Below, piece after piece: positions 1 to 8,261 of a DNA stretch of 64,000 nucleotides; the stretch's first letter is position 1, and each line of letters opens with the position of its first letter. Both the position numbers and the translations under genes were made by a program. The notes below the pieces were generated by a model. It had not been told where the DNA came from. It ran no database searches and was given only the letters and a program-made list of their open reading frames with translations. Source of the stretch: a virus; the IMG/VR virus record IMGVR_UViG_3300048790_000078, positions 1 to 64,000 of that record; one strand, written 5' to 3'.

Positions 1-220
1 TCGGCTGCCCGGCGAGGTAGTCCTCAACCTGTTTGTTCGAGAGCGGAGCGATGTTGATCGAAGGACGGAACACGTTGACCGTGATGCCGGATGGAAGGGT
101 GCGGGTTTCTGGAGAGTTCATCGAGACCATCTTACCCCAAATACAAAGCGGGCCTTGCCGACTCTCCCCCGAGCGCCGCGCAAGACCCGCTTCCATGACC
201 AGAACAACCCTGAGAACAGT

Positions 221-1018
221 TTAACCCAAGGCTGAATAGAACGTCGAGACCAGTCCAGCGTTGTTCATCGCGGCTTCGCCGGAGATCTGGCACTTGCCGT
301 AATTATCGCGGGAGTTTTGGTACGAAACCTCGCTCAGCTTCGCGTTGGTGAGAGCGATCGTACCGTTCGCGGCGGCGAGAGTGCCCGCGATGTACGGATC
401 GTACAGGAACAGTTGGAGCGACGGCCCGAAGCCCTGGATCTGCCCATTGAACTGATACTGCGTGCCCGTCGCGGCCGACAGGTACTCGTAACTGATCTGG
501 ATCTTGGCGCTGGCGTCGCCGGAAAAGAAAGTGAAGACGCCCGTGCTTTCAACGACGCTGTACTGGCCGACAGCGGTAACCGAAGCGACCTTGATAAATC
601 TCCCGCCGAAAGCCCCAGCGTACTCGACGGCGAGTTCCTGAACGAAGGTGCCGGACCCGGGCGGCGCGATTGTGACGGTGTAGGTGCTGCTACCGGGGAT
701 TGTGTGGGCTTCGAGAACCGCTGCGATGTCACCGCCAGCGGCGAACGTATCCGAGTAGTACATCTGGTTCAGCGCAAAGAAGTCGCGCCGCCCCATCGAG
801 AACTTGAACTGCACGTCCTGATCCACCTTGGCAATGTCCTCGGCCACGTTGTAGAGACCCTGCAGTTTCTGGATCTTGCCCTTGACGGTGAGCTCGAAGT
901 CCTGCACGGTGAACGGGCGCAATGGTGTGGCGTTCGACGCCAAGTTGCCGCCGCTCGGCACGGCGAAGAGGTATCCGGTTCCGACGACGATATAAGGAGC
1001 AATTCCCGACATGGCCAA
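221..1018 (-). CDS. Putative major tail (tube) protein with inserted beta-rich domain
   Basis: Lies after the neck genes; 265 aa; beta-rich tail-tube-like N- and C-termini flank a GQYSV..TGVFTF insertion. Confidence 0.65.
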   Translation of the reverse strand: MAMSGIAPYIVVGTGYLFAVPSGGNLASNATPLRPFTVQDFELTVKGKIQKLQGLYNVAEDIAKVDQDVQFKFSMGRRDFFALNQMYYSDTFAAGGDIAAVLEAHTIPGSSTYTVTIAPPGSGTFVQELAVEYAGAFGGRFIKVASVTAVGQYSVVESTGVFTFFSGDASAKIQISYEYLSAATGTQYQFNGQIQGFGPSLQLFLYDPYIAGTLAAANGTIALTNAKLSEVSYQNSRDNYGKCQISGEAAMNNAGLVSTFYSALG

Positions 1019-1084
1019 AGCCGCCTTTCAAACAACGAATTAGGTGGATGGCCGGAAAGGAACTTCGCCTATAATCGTACCACT

Positions 1085-1687
1085 CTATTCGCCGGTGGTG
1101 ATCATGATCGACGCGCTGGCCCATACCTGGTTGCCGACGCGGTCGACCTGTTTCTTGATTGTGCCGCTCAGGAAGCAGCTCGCCACGATGCCGTTCAGGG
1201 TCTGCGGAACGCCGGCATCGCCGATCGGATTCGCCGACACGGCCCAGCCGAGAGAGTTCACCACCAGCGGCTGAGTGCCCGGTATCGTCAACAGCGCGAG
1301 GTCGAACGCATCGACCAGCGGATTCAGGATTGTCCCGGGACACGACGTCGACGCATCCGGAATCCAGCCGACCACGAAGAGCTTTGCCGCGGGCTTGTAC
1401 CTCTGGTTCGCCAGCACGTTCTGGTCGGTGTTCTCGTTCGCTTCCACCAGATACAGCGCGGGCATGTTGTCCTGCCCGATGTTTGGATTCGGCGGCAGAA
1501 TGCGGCTGACCATCCTGAATGGCGCCTCGGCCGTTACGGTCTGCTGGAAGACGGTTGGCGGCTGCGCGGCGATCGCAGTGAACCAGGCGGGATCGTATGG
1601 TGACGCCGGTACGATCGGAGAAGCCCCGGCGAGCGGCGTGAACTGCGCGAACAGCGCCTGCATCAGGATCTCCCGCGGCGTATTCAA
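1085..1687 (-). CDS. Putative tail completion/terminator protein
   Basis: Immediately upstream of the tail tube gene; 200 aa; synteny only. Confidence 0.45.
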   Translation of the reverse strand: MNTPREILMQALFAQFTPLAGASPIVPASPYDPAWFTAIAAQPPTVFQQTVTAEAPFRMVSRILPPNPNIGQDNMPALYLVEANENTDQNVLANQRYKPAAKLFVVGWIPDASTSCPGTILNPLVDAFDLALLTIPGTQPLVVNSLGWAVSANPIGDAGVPQTLNGIVASCFLSGTIKKQVDRVGNQVWASASIMITTGE

Positions 1688-1688
1688 G

Positions 1689-1976
1689 CTACTTCGTCTC
1701 CTGTGTCCGGACCACGGTCGCCGTCTCGGTGATGCTGTGCTCTCGGTTGCCTTGCGAATCGGACCTGATCGTGTCCACCTTCTGCGAGAGCGCCCCGAGC
1801 GAAGGGTTGATCGCCTTCACGTTGATACAGAGGTTATTCAGGAAGCGGTAATAGACTGCGTACCAGAACTCTCCGCGAGTCATGGACTTCCGTTCCTCTT
1901 CTCCCGGCATGGCGGCCACAACCGACATGAAGACCATGAAGACCAGGATGGTATCGAAATTGTCCACGCTCATCAC
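1689..1976 (-). CDS. Small membrane protein (possibly holin-like)
   Basis: Hydrophobic ILVFMVFMSVVAAM segment, charged C-terminus. Confidence 0.4.
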   Translation of the reverse strand: MMSVDNFDTILVFMVFMSVVAAMPGEEERKSMTRGEFWYAVYYRFLNNLCINVKAINPSLGALSQKVDTIRSDSQGNREHSITETATVVRTQETK

Positions 1977-2204
1977 CGCCTTTACGGAAGCGTACCTTTG
2001 GATGGCAGGACGGAAAGCCGGGCTTATACCGCTGAGGAAACGCTGGTAAGGCGTCTGCTACGGAGTGACCCGGCTCTTCGGAGCATGAACGGAGCACCTC
2101 TCGAACCTTCTCAGAATATCACTTCACGGGAGGCTTCGGCGCGGGCGGCGCCCGGCGCGGTAGAATTAAGGCTGAAGTGAATCGGCCTTCCGAGGGGCCT
2201 CATC

Positions 2205-3023
2205 ATGAACCAGATAGACCTGGAACTCCAGCCGGAACCAGCATACATCACGCCGATCACCTATATCTATGGCCTTGTAGATCCTGATAGCGGAATGGTC
2301 AGGTACGTCGGCAAATCAGACGAGCCAAAAGTTCGCTACCTCCGGCACATTGGGACGCAAGAATTGCGGGCCGACACCCACAAAGCCCGCTGGTTACGCG
2401 AACTGTTGGCAGAAAATAAGAAGCCTGTCCTTTTGGTCCTCGCCTGTGTCCCGAGTCTGCAGTGGCAGAACTACGAGCGGTATTGGATTGCACATCTAAA
2501 ACCTCTCGGTATGCTCACAAACACGACTGACGGCGGGGATGGAATTACCAAAGGAATGAAGCATCGGCCTGAATCTGTCGCCAAAATAATAAAGGCTCTC
2601 ACTGGTCGCAAGTTGTCCGCCGAGTCCATCGAAAAGATAAAACAATCCCTGAAAAATAAAACGGTTGTGACGCAAGAGCGCAGGGATAAACTGTCTGTCG
2701 CCATGATGCGCCACTGGCAGGATCTAACGGCAGACGAAAGGGCTGTCCAAGTGGCCCGGTTGCGGCACGATTGGACGCCAGAGATGAGGTCGCGATTGTC
2801 GATGTTTCATATGCGAAAGCCAAAACAGCCACGGTCGACCTCGCAATTTCGTGGTGTCTCCTGGTTCAAGAGGGATGGTTGCTGGAGAGCGTGGAGTAAG
2901 CGTCCGGATGGTCGTCAGTTTCATCTCGGCTACTATGCCGATGAAATAACCGCTGCGATCGCCCGCGACAGGTACGTGTTGACGCACCATCCGGAAGCGA
3001 TTCTCAATTTCCCAACATCTTAA
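2205..3023 (+). CDS. GIY-YIG homing endonuclease with NUMOD3-like repeats and C-terminal AP2 domain
   Basis: YIYGL..RYVGKS..R motif; KHRPESVAKI/KLSAESIEKI repeats; SQFRGVSW..WRA..HLGYY..AAIARD AP2 signature; antisense to the late operon, lower GC. Confidence 0.85.
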   Translation: MNQIDLELQPEPAYITPITYIYGLVDPDSGMVRYVGKSDEPKVRYLRHIGTQELRADTHKARWLRELLAENKKPVLLVLACVPSLQWQNYERYWIAHLKPLGMLTNTTDGGDGITKGMKHRPESVAKIIKALTGRKLSAESIEKIKQSLKNKTVVTQERRDKLSVAMMRHWQDLTADERAVQVARLRHDWTPEMRSRLSMFHMRKPKQPRSTSQFRGVSWFKRDGCWRAWSKRPDGRQFHLGYYADEITAAIARDRYVLTHHPEAILNFPTS

Positions 3024-3502
3024 CCGAAGACGAATTCAGGTAGTTCCTGAAGCTTCTGCTCCCAGAGTGGTACCTCTTCTTCGACCTGTTCAAAAATTCC
3101 GTAGGCTCTGGTGCCGGGATGATGCACCACGCGGGCAAATACCGTGTGGCCTCCCATCTCGAAGGCCAGGACTCCACCCTCTTTCGCTTCGATGATGTGC
3201 GGTGCCGTGCCCGTTTCAAGCCACTCCACTTCGGGCGCGGAGTCCCCGCCAGCTTCCACCGCCCCTACGGTGTACTCGCCATCCTCTTCGGCCGGGATCA
3301 CCTTTACCGAGTCTGCCGCGGCGCCGGTACGCCGCTGGACAATGCCGCCGGAGTAGGCTTCGCGCAGCGCGTCGGCCAAGGAGCCGTTGATCGCGTCGAC
3401 CTCTTCGAGGATGGCGGAGCGGAGCTTTCCGACCTGCTTCTTGGTGTACTCCGCGAAGGAACCTTCGGTGACGTCGACGGCGAACTCGACTGTTAGCGGC
3501 AT
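3020..3502 (-). CDS. HK97 gp10-like neck/tail morphogenesis protein
   Basis: RTG..ADS, LETGT.PH.I, VHHPGT motifs; start reassigned to ATG 3502. Confidence 0.7.
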   Translation of the reverse strand: MPLTVEFAVDVTEGSFAEYTKKQVGKLRSAILEEVDAINGSLADALREAYSGGIVQRRTGAAADSVKVIPAEEDGEYTVGAVEAGGDSAPEVEWLETGTAPHIIEAKEGGVLAFEMGGHTVFARVVHHPGTRAYGIFEQVEEEVPLWEQKLQELPEFVFG

Positions 3503-3504
3503 GG

Positions 3505-4269
3505 CTATGTTCCCACCCGCTCCGTGGTGCCTTCCCAGATGAACTCGCCATCCGGACCGACCGGGAAGTGATTCCGGCATGCGCAGCACATCGTCCCGCC
3601 ATAGAACGAGGGATCTCGTGCGTACGTCTCCGCCAGCGCCTGGCCCATCGTGGTGACGGTGTTGCAACCCTTGCCGACCCGGTCGAGTTGCGCTTGCGTC
3701 CAAAAGCGACCGTTGATGGTCTCTCCATCCGGATATTGCTCCCACTTCACGTAGCCGAACCTGTCGGCGATATGGCGCTGCTTCTGCTCGTCGGTGAGGT
3801 CTGCCAGCGGATACTGCGGGCCTGGAGCTCCGACGTGGCTGTATGCGCGGCGCACGTGGCGCACAAAGCCTTTGGCGCGCTCCTCGGCGCTCAGGACCAC
3901 GTAGCCTTTCTGCTGGCCTGTCGCCGGGTTGATCTCCTTGTGGTCGTCGGTTACCGGCGAGCCGTCCGTCAGCGTCTGTGCGCTGCGGTCGACGGGGATA
4001 TACGCCCCCGCGATTGCTCGACGGGCTTGATCGTGCTCCTCCTTGCTGCGCTGGGACATAACGGCGAGGTAGTCGTTCACGATCCGCTCACTGGCGGCGT
4101 CGATGCGCGCGGCGTCCTTCTCCGGTTGCGGGCCGAGCGGACGCCGATTCAGCGCGTTCAACCGCTGTTCGAGTTCCTCAATACGGGTGTTTGAGTGGTT
4201 CGAGACTTCCCGCAGAGCGCATTCCACAAGCGCGAGGCGCTTTTCGAGATCTTCAATTGTTGATGGCAT
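3505..4269 (-). CDS. Hypothetical phage protein, coiled coil plus Cys/His-containing domain
   Basis: YVVLSAEERAKGFVR..TTM..AETYARDP.FY..T.C..C..HFPV. Confidence 0.55.
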   Translation of the reverse strand: MPSTIEDLEKRLALVECALREVSNHSNTRIEELEQRLNALNRRPLGPQPEKDAARIDAASERIVNDYLAVMSQRSKEEHDQARRAIAGAYIPVDRSAQTLTDGSPVTDDHKEINPATGQQKGYVVLSAEERAKGFVRHVRRAYSHVGAPGPQYPLADLTDEQKQRHIADRFGYVKWEQYPDGETINGRFWTQAQLDRVGKGCNTVTTMGQALAETYARDPSFYGGTMCCACRNHFPVGPDGEFIWEGTTERVGT

Positions 4270-4504
4270 TCTTCGCTTTCTTCGCTCGCCGGATGATGTC
4301 GATGGCTGGCGCGATCACATCCCGGTAGGCTGGTGATTGTTTGACGAATTCGAGTTCACGGGAGGTCAGCTTGCGGACGGTGCCGCTCTCGTACAGAGAA
4401 ACCTCTTCGCAGGATTCGCAGACGATCGGCGCCATCTCCGGGATCTCGTTCGATCCGGCGATAGCGAAGACCCCGAAGTGAAAGTCGCAGTGCGGGCAGT
4501 TCAT
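4253..4504 (-). CDS. Small zinc-ribbon protein
   Basis: CPHC..CESC; overlaps both neighbours. Confidence 0.5.
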   Translation of the reverse strand: MNCPHCDFHFGVFAIAGSNEIPEMAPIVCESCEEVSLYESGTVRKLTSRELEFVKQSPAYRDVIAPAIDIIRRAKKAKNAINN

Positions 4505-4965
4505 TTGCGCAAGGCTCCCGCCCAGGGCTGGTACGACTGCATCAACTCTTCGACATAGATGACGCCTTCCCTGGATTCACGACGGGTAACCGGCCAGATG
4601 ATCCGGTAGAAGTCATCGCCGACTATCGCGGCCTCAATCAGATTCGGCGGACGCGCTTCCGCCCAGGCGTACTTACTGACAATCGCAACGCGAGAACTCG
4701 GCAGATACGTGGCCGCTGCCGCCGCGCCAAGCACTCCGAGGAATCCGCGGCGCGAGTACCCGACCATCGCCAGGCCACGCACTTCCTGCTTTTCCTCCGG
4801 TTTTGAGGGGATCGGCATCGCCTTCGAACCGGGCCACCCTTTCGGGCCCGGCACATCCCTGTAATGGCAGGCATCGCCGTCCCGGCAGGGACACGAAGGA
4901 TCGTTCCCGATGCAGGGCTCTGGTTTCTTTGGCGCGAAGATGCGGCCGATGCGCTCGAAGATCAC
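4501..4965 (-). CDS. Hypothetical protein with Cys cluster, internal Tat-like motif and a C-terminus resembling the MCP C-terminus
   Basis: CIGNDPSCPCRDGDACHY; SRRGFLGVLGAAAAA; DDFYRIIWPV..GVIYVEELMQSYQP. Confidence 0.55.
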   Translation of the reverse strand: MIFERIGRIFAPKKPEPCIGNDPSCPCRDGDACHYRDVPGPKGWPGSKAMPIPSKPEEKQEVRGLAMVGYSRRGFLGVLGAAAAATYLPSSRVAIVSKYAWAEARPPNLIEAAIVGDDFYRIIWPVTRRESREGVIYVEELMQSYQPWAGALRK

Positions 4966-5675
4966 GGACGCTCCTCGATCCGGAACTTCCCGTTAAGGTC
5001 GGCGTACTGACCTACGATGGCTTCGGCAAATGCAGAGGTCACAGCGGAGACATGCAGCACGTCGAGCGTCGGCTTCTCTCCGCAGGAAGTATGTAGCCTG
5101 TCTACCTCTAAAATTGCGATCTCGACCACCAGCACGCGCTTCACTTTACGGACGATGATCCGGCGACGGTCCGGACCGCACAGAAGCCAACCGTAACCCG
5201 GCCGCATGTCTCCTTCGGCAACATACGGACCCTCCAGCCGCATGTCTTTGCCTATTCCGTATTCACCCAGTCGTGCTTCCCGAAACCACTCTTCATGCTC
5301 CTGTCCTGCACGCTTAAATCCTTCCGGAATCGGAACCTGATAGAGATCGAGAACTCCGTAAATACTGTCTGGCTCAAGAACAATGCTGGCCTGCCGATGA
5401 GTTTCCGCCTCGCGGATATTCGGCGCTTGTAGGCTCATGCTTTTGACTTTGACACCCGGAGGAAGCCCACGCACCGGAAAGGCGGCTGGCCATGTTCTTG
5501 GCTCTTGTGCGCACTCGTTCCAAAGGCGCATGATCTGATCTGGCGGGATGGAAACGCGCCCGCCATCTTCGGTGTTGAAGATTACAAATGTGTCGGGACC
5601 GACTTTCGACGTCGGCGAAAGTCCTGTGATCTTTGGGCGATTGGTTCCGTGGATGGAAGGCATCATGCCGTCCAT
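4962..5675 (-). CDS. Hypothetical protein
   Basis: ORF fills the gap in the operon; start taken at ATG 5675. Confidence 0.45.
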   Translation of the reverse strand: MDGMMPSIHGTNRPKITGLSPTSKVGPDTFVIFNTEDGGRVSIPPDQIMRLWNECAQEPRTWPAAFPVRGLPPGVKVKSMSLQAPNIREAETHRQASIVLEPDSIYGVLDLYQVPIPEGFKRAGQEHEEWFREARLGEYGIGKDMRLEGPYVAEGDMRPGYGWLLCGPDRRRIIVRKVKRVLVVEIAILEVDRLHTSCGEKPTLDVLHVSAVTSAFAEAIVGQYADLNGKFRIEERP

Positions 5676-5679
5676 CGTA

Positions 5680-6579
5680 TCACTGCGCGGGGAGACGGTT
5701 CTTGTACTCTTCGAGCCGCATCTGCGCCAGCCGCGGGATCGCCAGCCGGGCAAAGCTGATGGTCGACTCGCCCATGACTTGCGAATCCTGGTCGATGTGC
5801 TGAGTCCGCCGGTACTCACTCGCCGCGATCTCACAAACCGCGTCCTGCAGGTCATACGGCGGCTGGCCGAACTGGTAGGTCACCGTCACCAGCAGCGCGT
5901 TGTCGGCCGAGTTGAAGCCGTACACCCCTGTCGCGCTCACTGTGTACTGCCCGGCTGCCGGCGCGCTCGGGACCAACTGCAGCACCTTCCCGACGTTCGG
6001 GCCCGACGCATAGACCACGCCGAAGTTCTGGACGAACGTCGCGCCATTGTTCAGCGTCACCGTTCCCGTGGTGATGGTCTGGTTCTCGGGGAACGTCTCG
6101 GTAAAGCCTGACAGGTAGTTCACGCTGACGTTGCGCGAGCCGTAAGGGAACGTATACCCGCCCACCAGCCGAATCGTTCCGGAGCCCGGCTCGAACACGT
6201 ACCCGGGCTGCCCATTAACCGATGGCGGAATCACAAATGGCTGAGAGGGGAAGACCGGCTGCGATCCGGACCAGCCACCGCACCACCCGGCGTATCCCTG
6301 CACCTGCAGGTTGGTGATCAGGATGATCGGCCAGTACCTCAGCACCAGAATCTGTGTCCCTGTCCCGTCATATAGATCGCCTACCCGCGGCGTGACGAAG
6401 AAGTTCCGGCCACAATAGACCTGCGCCGTCTTGCTGGCGGCTGTCACCAGCCGCTGCAGGAAGAAGTTCGAGACGTCGGCGGAAGTCCCCTGCTGCGCCG
6501 CTCCAATGTACTGCTGGAGGTACGCTACCGTCGTCAGATCGATAGGGGAAGGCCCGTTGGCAGGTGTTGGGCTCGGCAT
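5680..6579 (-). CDS. Head-tail adaptor (gp6/gp15-like) with inserted domain
   Basis: DLTTV..L, AAS..AQVYCGRNF, YDGTG, NVSVNY.SGF, PYDLQDAVCEIAA. Confidence 0.75.
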   Translation of the reverse strand: MPSPTPANGPSPIDLTTVAYLQQYIGAAQQGTSADVSNFFLQRLVTAASKTAQVYCGRNFFVTPRVGDLYDGTGTQILVLRYWPIILITNLQVQGYAGWCGGWSGSQPVFPSQPFVIPPSVNGQPGYVFEPGSGTIRLVGGYTFPYGSRNVSVNYLSGFTETFPENQTITTGTVTLNNGATFVQNFGVVYASGPNVGKVLQLVPSAPAAGQYTVSATGVYGFNSADNALLVTVTYQFGQPPYDLQDAVCEIAASEYRRTQHIDQDSQVMGESTISFARLAIPRLAQMRLEEYKNRLPAQ

Positions 6580-6580
6580 C

Positions 6581-6787
6581 TCAGAGAATCTCCAGTCGAC
6601 GCCCCATAAAGGTCATCGAAACGATCTTGTTGATCACGTCCATCGGCGATCGCGAGATCCGCCGCATCGAATCGCGCAGGTTCTCGTATTCCGAGCGGGT
6701 CACAGGAATCGGATCTTCCCGCTTCGGATCCGCCTGGTCCAGATCGAGGGCGTAGCGCGTGATGTCGGAGATCGTTCGCATCGGCAT
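6581..6787 (-). CDS. Hypothetical small protein
   Basis: Closely spaced in-operon ORF. Confidence 0.4.
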   Translation of the reverse strand: MPMRTISDITRYALDLDQADPKREDPIPVTRSEYENLRDSMRRISRSPMDVINKIVSMTFMGRRLEIL

Positions 6788-6791
6788 TTCC

Positions 6792-7013
6792 CTACGCTGG
6801 CTTCGCCATGATGATCGAGCCCGGCGCGTACCAAGTGGCTGCCTTGCCTTCCGCATCGAGGACGAAGACGCCCTGCGCATTGATTGCGTGGCAAGCGTCG
6901 ATGAAGCTGTCCTCATACACTTCGGTCGTGACGAACCCGGGCCGCGCATCCGCCGACCCGAACCCTGCCACCGCCGACATCCCGCCGGCCACCAGTACTT
7001 TCAGATTCACCAT
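6792..7013 (-). CDS. Hypothetical small protein
   Basis: Closely spaced in-operon ORF. Confidence 0.4.
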   Translation of the reverse strand: MVNLKVLVAGGMSAVAGFGSADARPGFVTTEVYEDSFIDACHAINAQGVFVLDAEGKAATWYAPGSIIMAKPA

Positions 7014-7015
7014 GA

Positions 7016-7357
7016 CTACGCTCTCGTGTACCCTTCCTCGAACGCGGCGGCCGGACTGAAGGATTTGTAGCCGTCCTTGTAGACCACGTAATACCCGCCG
7101 GGCTGAGGGTTGTGCTTGCGGAGGTACTCGCCGTCAACAAGGAATGGGGCGAAACAGCTTTCCGCCGGCACGAGGATAGCGCCCGCCGCTACAACGGCGC
7201 CGCCCATCGGATGCTCGCCTGTGGTCGCAGGGAATTCCTCTTTATGGATCTCCGCGATCTTCAGCGCCCAGACTTCCTTGTGGCACTTATAGAGAGGCAT
7301 CGGCGTGCCGTTGTTGGCCGCGAGGTCGGCCTGGTGTTTCGCTTCGGTGAAGGTCAT
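7016..7357 (-). CDS. Conserved phage protein (YYVVYxDGYxSFSPxxxFExGY family)
   Basis: Recognisable C-terminal motif; ATG 7357 has TAGAAT 7 nt upstream. Confidence 0.6.
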   Translation of the reverse strand: MTFTEAKHQADLAANNGTPMPLYKCHKEVWALKIAEIHKEEFPATTGEHPMGGAVVAAGAILVPAESCFAPFLVDGEYLRKHNPQPGGYYVVYKDGYKSFSPAAAFEEGYTRA

Positions 7358-7362
7358 TGACG

Positions 7363-8196
7363 CTATTCTACCGCCGTTGCCGTCAGAAGTGGAGACTCTA
7401 CGATGTCCGGGTGCCATAGCGGGTTGATTCCGCCGTTTGCCTGGTGACGGTGCGATACCCAGTTGCACATCTCGATGAAGTCGTCGATCGACATCTTGTT
7501 TTTCCCGGCGTTGCAGCGCCCGCAACAGGAGACTGTATTCTCGACCGTATAGCCGATCTCGTTCTTGACTCGGTCGATGCCGTTGTACGGAAACTTGCCG
7601 TTGCCTCTGGTTCTGCCCGGCCGGTGGATCTGAACGGGAGCCACGCCGCAATAGAAACAGTCGCCTGAGAAAAGCTCGCGGCATTGTTCGTCGGTGAGGG
7701 AGAATTCGTACCCGCGATTGGTGGCTTGGGCGCGATAATTACTGATCAGGTCGTTGAGATTAGCCTCGCCGGGTGGCAGACTGTTCGCCGCAATCAGACG
7801 TTCGCGGTGGAGGCACCCACAGCTTTCCGATTCACCGAAGCGAAGCGTAGTCCCACTGACGGACTTTTCTGTGCCGCATTCGCATCTGCAAATCCAACGG
7901 GCGGCTTTGCCCTTGGAAATAGAATCGAAGCGGAGAACAGTCCATCGCCCATAGGTCTTGCCCGCCTCGTCCTTGCCGTAAAACTTGATTCCCTTGACCC
8001 TTAGGTTTGTGATCTGGCGGGCGCAGCCACAACCAGCACTTTTCCCGTTTCTCAGCTCAACGCCGGATACAGCACGCTCTGTCCCGCAGTCACATCGGCA
8101 CAACCAAAGCGTGTCATGCCGATGTCTGGGCTTGTCATCTTTTTTCAAAACCGACCACGCGCCGTAACGGTGGCCGGTTTCGTCGATCTGTCTCAT
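7363..8196 (-). CDS. HNH-type homing endonuclease
   Basis: Two W.C.C.CG..SCGC repeats; CFYCG..GIDR..GY..EN.VSCC..CN nuclease domain. Confidence 0.8.
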   Translation of the reverse strand: MRQIDETGHRYGAWSVLKKDDKPRHRHDTLWLCRCDCGTERAVSGVELRNGKSAGCGCARQITNLRVKGIKFYGKDEAGKTYGRWTVLRFDSISKGKAARWICRCECGTEKSVSGTTLRFGESESCGCLHRERLIAANSLPPGEANLNDLISNYRAQATNRGYEFSLTDEQCRELFSGDCFYCGVAPVQIHRPGRTRGNGKFPYNGIDRVKNEIGYTVENTVSCCGRCNAGKNKMSIDDFIEMCNWVSHRHQANGGINPLWHPDIVESPLLTATAVE

Positions 8197-8261
8197 TCAT
8201 CCACAGTATCACAGATGAGTTACTGGGAATTACTAAGACGAGTGACTACAGGCGTCCAACC

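Noticed and set aside
317-2180. Long plus-strand ORFs (317-1603, 1275-2180) and similar antisense ORFs such as 9815-10882, 37811-38983 and 42171-43250
   Set aside because: Shadow frames opposite well-supported genes in GC-rich DNA; no recognisable motifs
6581-6787. Third capsid-fragment gene (..TFMGRRLEIL)
   Set aside because: Only a vague resemblance to capsid A-domain endings; no alignable match to this phage's MCP
7016-7684. 222 aa version of the ORF from the track
   Set aside because: The N-terminal half overlaps the HNH gene in another frame; ATG 7357 has a -10-like element and is the better start
2100-8260. Group I introns hosting the GIY-YIG or HNH endonucleases
   Set aside because: Flanking genes look complete and there is little non-coding space for a ribozyme core; treated as free-standing
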